Assembly (NCBI GenBank): GCA_963776275.1
Contig: CAVZMI010000023.1
Span: 64,001-128,000 of the forward strand
Direction: 5' to 3'
DNA: 64,000 nt
Source of the DNA: Ignavibacteriota bacterium
GTDB lineage: Bacteria; Bacteroidota; Ignavibacteria; UBA10030; CAVZMI01
Part shown: positions 28,678 to 40,424 of the stretch, in pieces
Numbering within the stretch: the first letter of the stretch is position 1
How the letters are laid out: each line of letters begins with the position of its first letter
Translations under genes and position numbers: made by a program
Notes under the pieces: model-generated
Seen by the model: the letters and a program-made list of their open reading frames with translations, nothing else
Databases searched by the model: none
What the model was told of the DNA's origin: nothing

Positions 28678-29664
28678 TTAAAACTCCGATGATTTTGAAT
28701 AGAGAATATGGACAAGAACTTTTCCGACAGCTTCGAGACTTTCCGGACTGCATCTGTCCGGAGTATCCTGATGAGTATGCCAGTATTTTCGTTCGGGTTG
28801 TGGTGCCGAGCCACCGACGAGGTCAAGGTCGATTATATCCACGGTCTGAATTCCCGTATTGTTCAGCGGGATATGATCGTCCTCGATTGTACCGCCGATG
28901 AAATCCATGAATTGGGACACACCAAGCTCATGTGCGGTTTCCCAGATGAGTCGCACAACTTCCGGTGCGAACTGAACTGAATATCCCTCTTTTGGTAGAA
29001 GAAGATTCTTATCGCCAACAAGATCAAGCAGGATAGCAAATCGGGGATTAAATGAAGGCGGTTTCACACTTGTAAAATATCGTGAACCGAGGAAGTAATT
29101 CTGAAGATCACCGGAGTGGCCGAAATCCTCGCCATCGAAGAGAACAATATCTACGCCGATTGACAGCGGGTTGTATTTGAACAAACGGGCAAGTTCCAGA
29201 AGTACTGCTACTCCACTCGCACCGTCATTTGCTCCTAATATGGGAAGAGACCGTTTCGCATTGTTATAGTCCATGTCAGCCTCCGGACGGGTATCCCAAT
29301 GCGCACATAACATCACCCGCTTGGTTGCCTGGAGATTGAATGAAGCAATGACGTTGGTCATTGTATAGTGTTCACCTCGGTATCCGACATGGGAGAACGG
29401 TTGTAGATCGACCTTATCGGCAAATTGTTGGAGTTCTTGTGCGAGGTAATTCTTGCATCGTTCATGAGTTGCTGAACCGGGATTACGAGGTCCAAATGCA
29501 GTCTGCGCCTTTAAATACCGGAAAGCATTTTTTCCGTCAAATCGGGGGATAGTGTTAACGCGTGTGGTCTGTGGTGTTACTTTCGATTGTTGGTCAGGGC
29601 TGGTTTTCTGGCCACACGCTGATATAACGAATCCGATCAAAAAAACAAGAGAAAGCCGATCCAT
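28678..29664 (-). CDS. M28 family peptidase / glutaminyl cyclase-like lipoprotein
   Basis: Lipobox ISAC, FGPRNPGS, AHWDTRP, GANDGASGVAVLLE, FDGED, DDHIP, WHTHQD. Confidence 0.9.
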   Translation of the reverse strand: MDRLSLVFLIGFVISACGQKTSPDQQSKVTPQTTRVNTIPRFDGKNAFRYLKAQTAFGPRNPGSATHERCKNYLAQELQQFADKVDLQPFSHVGYRGEHYTMTNVIASFNLQATKRVMLCAHWDTRPEADMDYNNAKRSLPILGANDGASGVAVLLELARLFKYNPLSIGVDIVLFDGEDFGHSGDLQNYFLGSRYFTSVKPPSFNPRFAILLDLVGDKNLLLPKEGYSVQFAPEVVRLIWETAHELGVSQFMDFIGGTIEDDHIPLNNTGIQTVDIIDLDLVGGSAPQPERKYWHTHQDTPDRCSPESLEAVGKVLVHILYSKSSEF

Positions 29665-29839
29665 AAATGTTCTAGAAAGGATGTTTCTTCGAAGACAGTC
29701 CTTGTATTTCATATCTTATATATACCGAAAAATCGGCCGAAATTCAATGGGTTTAGGTGTTTTGAAGGTTCTCGTGATCTATGAAACAAATTAAAACGCT
29801 TAGTTGTATATTTAAAGGGGGGATTAAAAGGGGGGTGAG

Positions 29840-29866
29840 AAACTTTTAGTGGAGTCGTGAGTCTAA
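29840..29866 (+). promoter_or_regulatory. ECF (sigmaE-like) promoter upstream of the second ECF sigma gene
   Basis: AAACTT-N16-TCTAA. Confidence 0.5.
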
Positions 29867-29925
29867 TTACTAGAGAAAGCATTTTTTGTCCCGGTTCAGG
29901 CGGGGATATCGAAGAAAGACTTATC

Positions 29926-30481
29926 ATGCGTACTTCTGAAGACGATCTCGTCAGGGACTTTCAACGGGGCGAGGAACTCTGCGTACGCGGCGCTATATAA
30001 TCGATACAAGAGGCATATCTATTGTTTCTGCCTGAAAATGGTGGGAGATGAAGATGAAGTCAAGGATATCGTGCAGGAGGTATTCCTGAAAATGTACGAA
30101 CACCGGTGGCAGCTCGCCAATCCGTCGCGATTCCGTGCATGGCTTTTTATGATAGCTCGAAACCAATGCCTCACACATTATCGTGATGAGAAGAGAACAA
30201 CACCCTTTGATGAAAGATGGTCAATGTTGGAGAGTCTGGAAACAGAATCGCTCATACAGGAAATTGAACGTAACGAGGAAGTGTCCCTGGTTCGCGCGTT
30301 CATCAATCAATTGAAACCAGAGTATCGTGAGGTTATCGTGCTTCGTGAATATCAGGGTTTATCTTACGAGGAAATTGCTGATGTCATCGGTGCAACCATT
30401 GCTGCCGTCAAGGCGAAACTCTTCAAAGCGCGGAAAGAATTATTCGAGAAAATGAAACCAGTTTTTATAGAGAGGAGATAA
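29926..30481 (+). pseudogene. ECF RNA polymerase sigma factor; +1 frameshift near 29973 (likely sequencing error)
   Basis: MRTSEDDLVRDFQRGE, then shifted frame NSAYAALYNRYKRHIYCFCLKMVGDEDEVKDIVQEVF..FRAWLFMIARN..LSYEEIA. Confidence 0.85.
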
Positions 30482-30485
30482 TCAT

Positions 30486-31016
30486 ATGAACAGCAAATTT
30501 TCTCGTCGTGATTGTAAACAGTACCGTGAGATGGTGAGCCTGTTCATTGATACAGAATTGGAACAGGGGCACGAGCATGCACTGTTTAAGCACCTCGGAG
30601 GGTGTGAAGAGTGCCAATCGTATCTTGATGTGCTGATGAAATTCAAGGTCGTCAGGCAGCGGGATCAGGCCGAATATCCTACGGAACTTGACAGCTCGAT
30701 TTTTGAGGAGTTGAAAATTCGAAAGAATGTCTATGCTTTCGGAAAAATTGAGCCACAACCTGTCCGTCTACCACTCTGGAAACGAAGAATTGCGCTGTCA
30801 ATGCCTCTCGTTGCGGCATTCATGTTTGTTGTTCTTCTCGGACTGGGTTCTATTATCTTCAATATTGAAGGGCCATTGGGACCACTCAAACAAGGCATCG
30901 TCAGTATATTCCAGGGACATCCACGAATTGAAGTACGGGATCAATTTATTTACCCGATGCCGATGCAAACGGTTGTTGCGGGGAAAGAACAACTTCAGAG
31001 GACGCAGAATCTGTAG
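30486..31016 (+). CDS. Anti-sigma factor with zf-HC2 motif
   Basis: HLGGCEEC and a TM helix; adjacent to the ECF sigma gene. Confidence 0.82.
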   Translation: MNSKFSRRDCKQYREMVSLFIDTELEQGHEHALFKHLGGCEECQSYLDVLMKFKVVRQRDQAEYPTELDSSIFEELKIRKNVYAFGKIEPQPVRLPLWKRRIALSMPLVAAFMFVVLLGLGSIIFNIEGPLGPLKQGIVSIFQGHPRIEVRDQFIYPMPMQTVVAGKEQLQRTQNL

Positions 31017-31029
31017 AAAAAAGTGAGAT

Positions 31030-31180
31030 CAATCCTTCGACTCGTCCCGATATCCCCACTGTGAAACGTGGGGCGTAAATCTCACTGGGCACCCATATAA
31101 GACGTAAGGGCGTAAAGAACACGGGAACGTGAGACGGAAAAAAACGGAACACGAGAACATCGGGACTCGCTCAGGACAAG
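31030..31180. repeat. REP-like palindrome with expanded loop
   Basis: caatccttcgactcgtcccgat [~105 bp] atcgggactcgctcaggacaag. Confidence 0.7.
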
Positions 31181-31334
31181 GGTCAGGATTAAGAAAGATG
31201 TTAAAAAATGCTTTGACCCAACAAAAGATGCGGCTCCGCTTTTTTCTTTTTTACTTCAATAAAACCCTTGCTATCTCAAGCTTGATATTGGCTTGTTTTT
31301 CGATACATAACCTATCTTGCAATGAGTGAAAGGC

Positions 31335-31360
31335 TGCAACTTTTTCCTCCTAACTCCGTT
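31335..31360 (+). promoter_or_regulatory. ECF (SigW-like) promoter
   Basis: TGCAAC-N16-CGTT upstream of the RBS ggagg and ATG at 31391. Confidence 0.5.
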
Positions 31361-31390
31361 AATATAGCAGGATATATCAACGGAGGCACC

Positions 31391-32386
31391 ATGAAACGTT
31401 CAACAGCTATTGGAATTAAGCTTGCTGTTTTTATCGGGATTGTCCTGCTTTTTGTGTGGGCATTGATTGCCTACGCCGCGATTCATCGGAAAGGTGGCGG
31501 ACACCCCTCGACGAAGGAAACATTCTGGGGAGATCGTAAACGCGTCGAAAAGATATTTGTCTTAAAATCCGGTGGATCGTTTGAACTCTCGACAGATATC
31601 GGCGAAGTAATGGTTGAAGGCTGGGAGAAAGAGGAAGTCTCATTTCAGGCGGAGATCACCGGAGAGCCCCGCTTTGTTCAAGATTTTACATTGTCGTTTG
31701 ATACTACCAATCAACGTATCGTTGTACGCGGGAAATACGAACACAATATATGGTTCTTTAATGACTGGGATAATGCCGATGTCCATTTCAATATCAAAGT
31801 ACCCCAACAATGTTCGATCGATGTGAAGACATCGGGAGGAAATGTGACTGTCGCATCGTTGCAGGGTGAGGTTCGGGGATCAACATCAGGCGGTTCGATG
31901 ACCGTTCATGATGTGAAAGGTATTACGGTTCTTCACACGTCGGGGGGATCCGTGAATGCGAAGAATGTCGAGGGTTCATGCGAAGCAAAAACATCGGGCG
32001 GTGGTATTAATATCGAAAATGTTAAAGGAAGTACGATTGCAAATACCTCGGGAGGTAATCTTGATCTTGAAGAAATCGAGGGGAAGATTGATGCTTACAC
32101 GTCGGGTGGAAATATCTACGCAAGGATACGCGGTTCCAACGAAGGGATACTCATGCGAACATCCGGCGGCTCGATTACACTTGAAGTGCCTCTGACGATT
32201 TCTGCCGATGTCGATGCATCGACATCGGGTGGAAGTGTCCAGTGTGATTTGCCTATCAGTGTTCGCGGGAAGATGGATGAAGATGAAGTGACGGGAAAGA
32301 TCAATGGTGGGGGGAACATCGTTCGCCTGAGAACTTCCGGAGGCAATATCCACATCCGGGGCATGCAATCCCCAGAAAAACATTGA
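31391..32386 (+). CDS. DUF4097 family beta-strand repeat (adhesin-like) protein
   Basis: Repeated TSGGxI/V motifs, N-terminal TM anchor, C-terminal INGGG..RLRTSGGNIHI. Confidence 0.85.
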   Translation: MKRSTAIGIKLAVFIGIVLLFVWALIAYAAIHRKGGGHPSTKETFWGDRKRVEKIFVLKSGGSFELSTDIGEVMVEGWEKEEVSFQAEITGEPRFVQDFTLSFDTTNQRIVVRGKYEHNIWFFNDWDNADVHFNIKVPQQCSIDVKTSGGNVTVASLQGEVRGSTSGGSMTVHDVKGITVLHTSGGSVNAKNVEGSCEAKTSGGGINIENVKGSTIANTSGGNLDLEEIEGKIDAYTSGGNIYARIRGSNEGILMRTSGGSITLEVPLTISADVDASTSGGSVQCDLPISVRGKMDEDEVTGKINGGGNIVRLRTSGGNIHIRGMQSPEKH

Positions 32387-32407
32387 AATACCCGTGATGG
32401 GGTATTT

Positions 32408-33885
32408 TTATCGGCGGAATGAGCAGAGTGCAACGGTGAGGGAATCCTGCATATTTCGGTAAGGCTTTGCAGATCCGGTGTAGTTTTCCATCATGAACGA
32501 AAAGGCAAGCGTTTCTCCATTGGCGGCGATAGCGTACCCTGAAAGAGAGCTTACCGCAGTAAGTGTTCCGGTTTTTGCATATACCTTCCCTTCGGCAGAT
32601 GTATCGTTCATCCTGAAGTGAAGGTTCCCGGATTCCCCGGCAATAGGAAGGGTTTGCCGGAACATCTCGCCAAGCTGCCTTTCTTTTGATGCATTACCTC
32701 CAGGAGGCGAATTATCGTCTCGGGACTCACCAGATTATAAAATGAAAGGCCCGAACCGTCAACGATACTAAGGCGCGTCGAATCGATTCCAATTGAAATC
32801 AGCCAGTTATTGAGTTCTGCCAGTCCGCCGGCAGTGGAACCGCGCTCTTTTCTCTTTTCCGCGGCGATGGTTTTCACAAGATTTTCTGCCGCAAGATTAT
32901 CGCTGCTCCTGTTCATTGCTATCAGAACCGTATCAAGCCTACGTGAATATTCTGCAAGTAAGAGTCTACGGGACGGGATAGTATCTATCCGTATGTTTCC
33001 ACCGAACACGATACCGGCATGCCGGAGCTCTTCTTTGAAGAGTGTCAACGTATACATCTCGGGTTGCCAAACGTTGATTTTTTTTCGTACGATGGAAGCC
33101 GTATTGGGGATTGAACCGCGGACGATGATCGTGTTTAATTCCGGTCGTACCTGTCGGGTGATTTCGAGGGTGAATTGACTGCTGTCCGAGCCCGTGATTC
33201 CTTCATTCCGGATCGTGACATATGATGTTTGCGGTGTCACAGTAATCCATGCCAGTTTCCCCGGCGTCGAATTTGGAGTAACCGATATGATAATACAATT
33301 CTTGTTTATACTTAGCGGTGAAATATGCATTGCGTCACTTGATGGATCATCATCCCACATCCACCCGGACCCCCATTCCCTGTCATCAAAATAAGTTACA
33401 TCGCCTATAAGATCACCTCTAATCTTGCGTATTCCTTTTGCCTGTATTTGCTGAACCATTTCCCGAAGGTCGTTTGAAGTAAGGTCGGGATCACCCGATC
33501 CTTTTATATAAAGGTTTCCTTTGATGACTGTCGAATCGTGAAGTGAGTCAGTGAATATCTGTGTCGCAAAAACAAAATCTTTTCCAATAGTGTTAAGCGC
33601 CAATGCCGTCGTAAAAAGTTTTGTGTTCGACGCGGGATGAAAGAGTTTTTTACTGTTCAGATCATACAGGACATCACCGCGTGTGAGGGAAACGATTTTT
33701 ATTCCAACCTGCGCAGGGATAAAAATGCTGTCGCTCAGCAATCGGTCAATCGTATTCTGGAATTGACGTTCAGGTGTTGGAGGTGGAGTTGGAATTGGAA
33801 CTGGAATTGGAAGCGGACGGACAGTACTGCATGATAAAAAAATACCGGTACAGATAATAAAGTAAAGAATTCTGGTCAAGCTCAT
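32408..33885 (-). pseudogene. dacB: D-alanyl-D-alanine carboxypeptidase/endopeptidase (peptidase S13) lipoprotein; frameshift near 32680
   Basis: PASNTKL (SxxK), GSGDPDL, SDN, DGSGLS; the KTG motif (YAKTGTL) lies in the downstream frame. Confidence 0.85.
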
Positions 33886-33891
33886 TATTGA

Positions 33892-35360
33892 TCAACCAGT
33901 CGATTTGTTCCGGGTATAGTTGGCCAGAATAATACCGATTCTATCCTGAATCGATTTGCACCGGCGTCTGCCTCGACCGAAATCGTTTGAGATCATTGAA
34001 AACACAAGAATTTCTCCATCGGCTGAGGTGACGTATCCGGCCATTGATGTAACGCCGCTCAGTGTTCCGGTTTTTGCATGAAGATTATTTTCTGCGTCGG
34101 TACCAAGCATCCGTCGTCGGAGGGTACCATCAACTCCTGCAGTCGCCAGAGATTGATAGAAATAGTCAAAAATATTCTTTCGCTGGTACATGGTTCGAAG
34201 GACGGCGATAAGGATGTCAGAGCTGATCTGGTCACTGTGGGAAATACCGGAACCGTCGTGGATCTCGTAATCGGTCTGAGAAATACCCAGTTCCCCGAGA
34301 AACTGTCGTATTACACTCAGACCTGCTGCTGCGCTTCCTGGAGTACCGCGAACCTCAGCGCCAAGGACTTTCAACATCATTTCGGCGGCGAAATTGTTGC
34401 TGCGTTTATTCATTATCGTTATGATATCGGTAATCGGTGTTTCGTTGGCCAGGAGTTCTTTTACATGCTTCGGGGTCTTTCCAAGACGGACTGTTCCTTC
34501 GACCCTGATACCTTCTTCTTCGAGTGCTGCTTTGAGGATCATGCCGGCATACCATGCAGGACGCTTGACCGGGACGGTGTACGTTCGCCAACCGGTTCCT
34601 GCTCTCATTTTGCCGGTAATATAAAGTGTCGGATTTTCGTCGTTCCATTCGATTCGGATCGAAGGACGGACACGATATATGGTGTGAACCGAAACCGCAT
34701 TGTTTTCAATTCGGAGTGAAGATAAATATGGTGTTGTACTGACTTGAATTTTCTGTCCCGCCTTTAACGGAGCCGAGACCATGACAGCGATTGAATTCTC
34801 TTCGATAGATAGCCCGCTCATGAGAGGTGTTTTAATGGATGTATATTCGTCAGACCAGTCCTTTCTATCATATAGCCCATCGAGGAATGATTCATCTGCA
34901 ATGATATCACCGGAGATCGATTCAATCCCGGTAGTCCGGAGATACTTCACCATTTGTTTTAAATGATCAGCCGTCAGGTAGGGATCGCCTCCCCCCGGAG
35001 ATACAAATTCCCCATAACTCTGCCGAGCAAGACCGTCGAATCTTCGATTGCGATTGACGTACGGAATTTATAGTTTGGTCCAAGTTTCGCGAGCGCTGTT
35101 GCCGAGGTGATAAGTTTCATTGTGGAAGCGGGGGTCATCGGTATGCCGCTGTTACGGCTGTATAAGACGTTACCGTCTTCAGCAGCGATGATTTTGACGG
35201 ATGTCCCCACAAGTCTTGATGAAGTCCGAAAGAGTCTGTCGAGTGAGGGCTCGAGTGCAGCTGATGACGAACGGCCTGAACTCCCCGGTTTTGTAAAACA
35301 AAGCGATGTTGTAAGACTCATGACAAAGATCAGGTAGAGAAGAGATCTTGTCATTGTCAT
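33892..35360 (-). pseudogene. dacB: Second peptidase S13 (DacB); -1 frameshift in a G homopolymer at ~34991-34996
   Basis: PASTMKL in the upstream ORF; adding one G restores LRGGGDPYLT; SNN, DGSGIS, HAKTGTL in the downstream ORF. Confidence 0.85.
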
Positions 35361-35445
35361 AGTCACCTCTATGAATTGCTTGAAAGATACAATTTTATTA
35401 TATTTTACATGAAAATAAATCAGATGCAACTATTATTTTCTTTGA

Positions 35446-36804
35446 ATGAATAAAGTTCTTTTCAGTTTAGTATTCCCGTGCAACCTGCTCTTTGCTCAAG
35501 TCGAACTCAGCATCTCTTTCGATCAATTTTCTCAAGAGGTTGGTAATATTTTTTCGCCTGATCAGATAGCCTTTGTCCGCGAGCGTCTTCCTCCCCAGCA
35601 CGATATCTATGGTTTTGCGATCGGTGATTTTTCGGGAGATTACCTACCCGATCTTGCCATATCCGTCCGTACGAAAGAACTCAAAGGTAAGAAAATGAAA
35701 GTATACTATTTTGTCAGTGATGAGGAACAATTGCTTGAAGTCCGCCGGAATATCCTCGAATTTTACGATGTTCCGATTGAAATTGGATTTACGATCGAAA
35801 ATGGGATTTGCTACACAACCCAAAAAAAAGGGAGAAACTATTGGACGATCCGCGGGTATACATACCGCGAAGGGAATTTCTTTTTGGTAGATTCGTATGA
35901 AAGTACAAGAAAATATATCCGTGGAAGCGGTGGCTCGGAAGTCGGTTACGAAACGACCACAAATTATCGGGCGCTTAGCACAAGCGAACATTATTACAGC
36001 CTTGGGAGCGGACAATCGTATCTGGATGCACAGTATTATACTTTCCCGGCATATCCCATCGAACGAAACATTCATCCGTTTCTATACTACGTAGTTCGCG
36101 ATACCGCAATGAAACATATCATTTCGGGAAAAGAATACTGGAGAGGACGGTTCGATGCCGGGTTTGAATCAGCGGCGTTCTACGATGATGCATTTTTATA
36201 TGTTTTTGCATGGGTAATCGATGATACGGTGGAAACACAATCACAACAATGGGAGGAGTGTGATCATGTTCAGCTCTGGTTTGATCTGAATGAAACGGGA
36301 AAGCTCGCCAACAGTAAGACTGCGACTCCGAATTTCCGCGTTATTCCTGATGATGATGTTCTTATGGTCGCGATTGCACCGGTGAATGGCGAGGAGGATC
36401 AGCAAAGAGTAAAAGTGATTTTCCGGAATGATACTATTTCACAGAATGTATCTGAGTATTCGTCTCAGACAGTACGACTGGATGCAATAAATGAAATTAG
36501 GGTTCTGGCAGACCGGACCATTGACGGGTATGCGCTTCGGATCAGGATTCCCTTCGGACTGTTTGGAGGAATTGAACGCTTACATAAGCCGATTGGTTAT
36601 TCCCTTGTGCTCCACGATGTTGATGGTCATGACAGCACCGCCCATGTCACCGAACTAGCGACGTCGTTATTCAGGGAATGGAATCCGTCGACATTCGGCG
36701 TACTCAGATTGATGTTTGATAATAATTATTATGGCGAGGTTATTGATCTCAATATGGCTGAAATGATAAGGAAACTCAGCAATGTAGGAATTGATGTCAT
36801 GTAG
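35446..36804 (+). CDS. Secreted hypothetical protein with FG-GAP-like motif and a C-terminal CBM9/DOMON-like sugar-binding domain
   Basis: IGDFSGDYLPDLAI; YDDAFLYVFAWVIDD, DHVQLWFD, GYALRIRIPF, IGYSLVLHDVD. Confidence 0.6.
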   Translation: MNKVLFSLVFPCNLLFAQVELSISFDQFSQEVGNIFSPDQIAFVRERLPPQHDIYGFAIGDFSGDYLPDLAISVRTKELKGKKMKVYYFVSDEEQLLEVRRNILEFYDVPIEIGFTIENGICYTTQKKGRNYWTIRGYTYREGNFFLVDSYESTRKYIRGSGGSEVGYETTTNYRALSTSEHYYSLGSGQSYLDAQYYTFPAYPIERNIHPFLYYVVRDTAMKHIISGKEYWRGRFDAGFESAAFYDDAFLYVFAWVIDDTVETQSQQWEECDHVQLWFDLNETGKLANSKTATPNFRVIPDDDVLMVAIAPVNGEEDQQRVKVIFRNDTISQNVSEYSSQTVRLDAINEIRVLADRTIDGYALRIRIPFGLFGGIERLHKPIGYSLVLHDVDGHDSTAHVTELATSLFREWNPSTFGVLRLMFDNNYYGEVIDLNMAEMIRKLSNVGIDVM

Positions 36805-36867
36805 TCACATTGTTTTTCAATACACGAATGGTTATATTGAAAAGAATTTTTATTCGCGATAGGACCT

Positions 36868-39800
36868 ATGTTCCAATTTCTTGCAAGATTATTCGGCAGT
36901 AAGGGCGAGCGGGATATCGGCGTGTTACTGCCTGTGGTTGATCAGATCAATGCAGAATTTGAAAAGCTTGCATCGTGTTCTGATGATGAATTGCGGGCAA
37001 AGACCCAGGAATTCCGGCAGCGGATACAGAACGAGACCGCCGAATACGAGAAACATACGGCTGAGTTACAGGAACGGCTCAAGCAAGATATTCCTCATAA
37101 AGAACGGGAGGAAATACTAGAAGAGATTCAAGAGACCGAGAAGGAACTCTATGAGATGACGCAGGATATTCTCAATGAAATCCTTCCCCAGGCGTTTGCT
37201 GTCGTCAAAGAAACCTGCCGCCGCCTTGTCGGCCAATCATGGGATGTCGCCGGTACAAAAATGATGTGGGACATGGTTCCATTTGATGTTCAACTGATCG
37301 GTGGTATTGTACTCCACCAGGGAAAAATCGCTGAAATGGCGACTGGTGAAGGAAAAACACTCGTAGCAACCCTTCCTACATATCTTAATGCACTTCCCGG
37401 CAAGGGGATTCATATCGTTACTGTGAATGACTATCTTGCCCTCCGTGATTCCGAATGGATGGGAAAGATCTTTGAATTCCACGGGTTGACTGTCGGCTGT
37501 ATTCAATCCCAGATGGATCCGCACCAGCGCCGACATCATTATAATTGCGATATTACCTACGGGACAAACAATGAATTTGGATTCGATTACCTCCGTGATA
37601 ATATGGTAATAGATCCGGAAGAATTAGTACAACGCGGTCATAATTATACCATCGTTGATGAAGTGGATTCGGTCCTTGTTGATGAGGCACGAACGCCGCT
37701 GATAATCAGCGGTCCGGTGACCCAGGAAGATCATAAATACAATGAAATGAACCCACGTGTCGAACGTTTGGTTAATGCACAACGGAATTTCATCTCGAAA
37801 ATTGTTAATGAAGCTGAACAGTTACTGGAACAGGGGAAGGAAAAAGAAGCGGGTGTTCAGTTATTGCGCGCCCATCGCGGTCTCCCCAAACACAATCGTT
37901 TGCTTAAAGTATTTGCCGAGCCGTCGAATAAGAAGCTTATGCAGGATACTGAAGGCGAATATTTGCGCGAACAGGAACGCCGTATGCATGAGATTGACGA
38001 TGAACTTTATTTCAGCATCGACGAGCGAAACCACATGATCAGTCTCACCGAAAAGGGGCGCGAATTTCTCGCAACGAGCGAAGACAAGGAATTTTTCGTG
38101 CTTCCAGACCTCGGTACGGAGGTCAGTGTCATCGAACATGATGATTCGCTCACTCCTGAACAAAAACTCGAGAAAAAAGACGGGTTCAACCAGCTTTATG
38201 CTGAGCGAAGCGACCGTATACATACAGTCACACAGCTTCTGCGGGCATACGCGTTATATGAGAAGGATGATGAGTATGTCGTGACCGATGATGGAAAGGT
38301 GATGATAGTCGATGAGTTTACCGGCCGGCTTCTGCAGGGAAGACGATATTCCGACGGACTTCACCAGGCAATCGAGGCGAAAGAAGGGGTGAAAGTCGAA
38401 CGGGATATGCAAACCCTTGCCACGATTACGCTTCAAAATTATTTCCGCTTATATAAAAAGCTTGCCGGTATGACAGGGACTGCAGTTACCGAAGCCGCTG
38501 AATTTTTCGATATCTATAAACTTGATGTTGTTATCGTGCCGACAAATAAACCGGTGGTACGGCAGGATGAGAATGATTTTGTCTATAAAACAAAGCGGGA
38601 AAAATATAATGCAGTGATCGATGAAATAGAAAACCTGCGGAAAAAAGGGCAGCCGTTACTGGTCGGTACGACAAGCGTCGATGTTTCCGAGACTCTCAGC
38701 AGGATGTTGAAACGAAAAGGAATTCCGCATAATGTATTGAATGCAAAACAGCATCAACGTGAAGCAGAAATTATTGCTCATGCAGGTCTGCAGGGCTCGG
38801 TGACGATCGCAACCAATATGGCGGGTCGCGGTACAGATATTAAACTCGGACCCGGTGTCAAAGAGGTTGGCGGACTGCACATTATTGGCACAGAACGGCA
38901 TGAAGCACGGCGGATTGATCGGCAGCTTCGAGGACGCTCAGGCCGTCAGGGAGATCCTGGATCTTCACGTTTCTATCTATCACTCGAAGACGATTTGATG
39001 CGTCTGTTTGGAAGCGAACGGATAGCGAAGATTATGGAACGCCTCGGTTTGAAAGAAGGTGAGGTCATACAACACGGCATGATCACACGTTCGATCGAGA
39101 GGGCGCAAAAAAAGGTTGAAGAGAATAATTTCGGGATCCGAAAAAGACTGCTTGAATATGACAACGTCATGAATCAACAGCGTGAAGTGGTGTATGCCCG
39201 GCGCCGGCATGCATTGATGGGCGAACGGCTGAAAGACGAAATTCTCGATATGACATCAGACTGGATTCTCGCATCGGTGAACAAGTATTACAAGGAAGGC
39301 GAGATTGAGGAATTGTGCAATGAAGTACGAGCGATGTTGCTGATTGATATAAAATTTACACCCGAGGAATTCCAGAAGCTCGGACCCGATGGCATAAGCT
39401 CGAAGATTTTTACTGCGTCGGAAGATTTCTATAAGAGAAAAGAGGAACGCATCGGAACTGAAATGATGGCGAATCTGGAGCGGATGGTGACACTTCAGGT
39501 TATCGACGAGCGATGGAAAGAGCACCTGCGTGAGATGGACGATTTGAAGGAGGGCATCAATCTCCGCGCTTACGGCCAGAAAGATCCGGTTCTTGAGTAC
39601 AAAGGCGAAGCCTTCAATATGTTTGCACAAATGATCGAAATGATTAACACCGAGGTGTTGGGAATGGTCTATAAACTTTTCCCGGCCACTCCGGAACAAG
39701 TACAGGTTCGACGCCCCTCACGTGCTCCGCGTCAAATGATGATGACGCACGAAGAAAGTCTGGGCTTGGGTTTCCAGGGGAATCGGGCGCCGGCACCGAG

Positions 39801-39927
39801 TGGGAACGTGGAAGGACGACCGAGAGCCGGGAAGCAACAACCGGTCCGTGTCGACGAGAAAATCGGGCGAAATGATCCGTGCCCGTGTGGAAGCGGGAAA
39901 AAATATAAAAACTGCCATGGGAGGTAA
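36868..39927 (+). CDS. secA: Preprotein translocase subunit SecA
   Basis: EMATGEGKTL, IVDEVDSVLVDEARTPLIISG, ATNMAGRGTDI, C-terminal GRNDPCPCGSGKKYKNCHG. Confidence 0.99.
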   Translation: MFQFLARLFGSKGERDIGVLLPVVDQINAEFEKLASCSDDELRAKTQEFRQRIQNETAEYEKHTAELQERLKQDIPHKEREEILEEIQETEKELYEMTQDILNEILPQAFAVVKETCRRLVGQSWDVAGTKMMWDMVPFDVQLIGGIVLHQGKIAEMATGEGKTLVATLPTYLNALPGKGIHIVTVNDYLALRDSEWMGKIFEFHGLTVGCIQSQMDPHQRRHHYNCDITYGTNNEFGFDYLRDNMVIDPEELVQRGHNYTIVDEVDSVLVDEARTPLIISGPVTQEDHKYNEMNPRVERLVNAQRNFISKIVNEAEQLLEQGKEKEAGVQLLRAHRGLPKHNRLLKVFAEPSNKKLMQDTEGEYLREQERRMHEIDDELYFSIDERNHMISLTEKGREFLATSEDKEFFVLPDLGTEVSVIEHDDSLTPEQKLEKKDGFNQLYAERSDRIHTVTQLLRAYALYEKDDEYVVTDDGKVMIVDEFTGRLLQGRRYSDGLHQAIEAKEGVKVERDMQTLATITLQNYFRLYKKLAGMTGTAVTEAAEFFDIYKLDVVIVPTNKPVVRQDENDFVYKTKREKYNAVIDEIENLRKKGQPLLVGTTSVDVSETLSRMLKRKGIPHNVLNAKQHQREAEIIAHAGLQGSVTIATNMAGRGTDIKLGPGVKEVGGLHIIGTERHEARRIDRQLRGRSGRQGDPGSSRFYLSLEDDLMRLFGSERIAKIMERLGLKEGEVIQHGMITRSIERAQKKVEENNFGIRKRLLEYDNVMNQQREVVYARRRHALMGERLKDEILDMTSDWILASVNKYYKEGEIEELCNEVRAMLLIDIKFTPEEFQKLGPDGISSKIFTASEDFYKRKEERIGTEMMANLERMVTLQVIDERWKEHLREMDDLKEGINLRAYGQKDPVLEYKGEAFNMFAQMIEMINTEVLGMVYKLFPATPEQVQVRRPSRAPRQMMMTHEESLGLGFQGNRAPAPSGNVEGRPRAGKQQPVRVDEKIGRNDPCPCGSGKKYKNCHGR

Positions 39928-40275
<348 letters not shown>

Positions 40276-40385
40276 GCCGTTTTGTGAAAATGTTTTGCGA
40301 AGTACCACTTTTTCCCTCCTGTGTGTTTGCTGGAATCGTCGAGCAGGAATTCATCATTGAAACTCATTCTTCTTTTCGATACATT

Positions 40386-40415
40386 AAAAGCGTCAGGGTA
40401 TCCGACGCTTTTTTT
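40386..40415 (+). terminator. Intrinsic terminator after glnB
   Basis: aaaagcgtc agggtatcc gacgc followed by a T run. Confidence 0.7.
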
Positions 40416-40424
40416 ATTGTGCCA

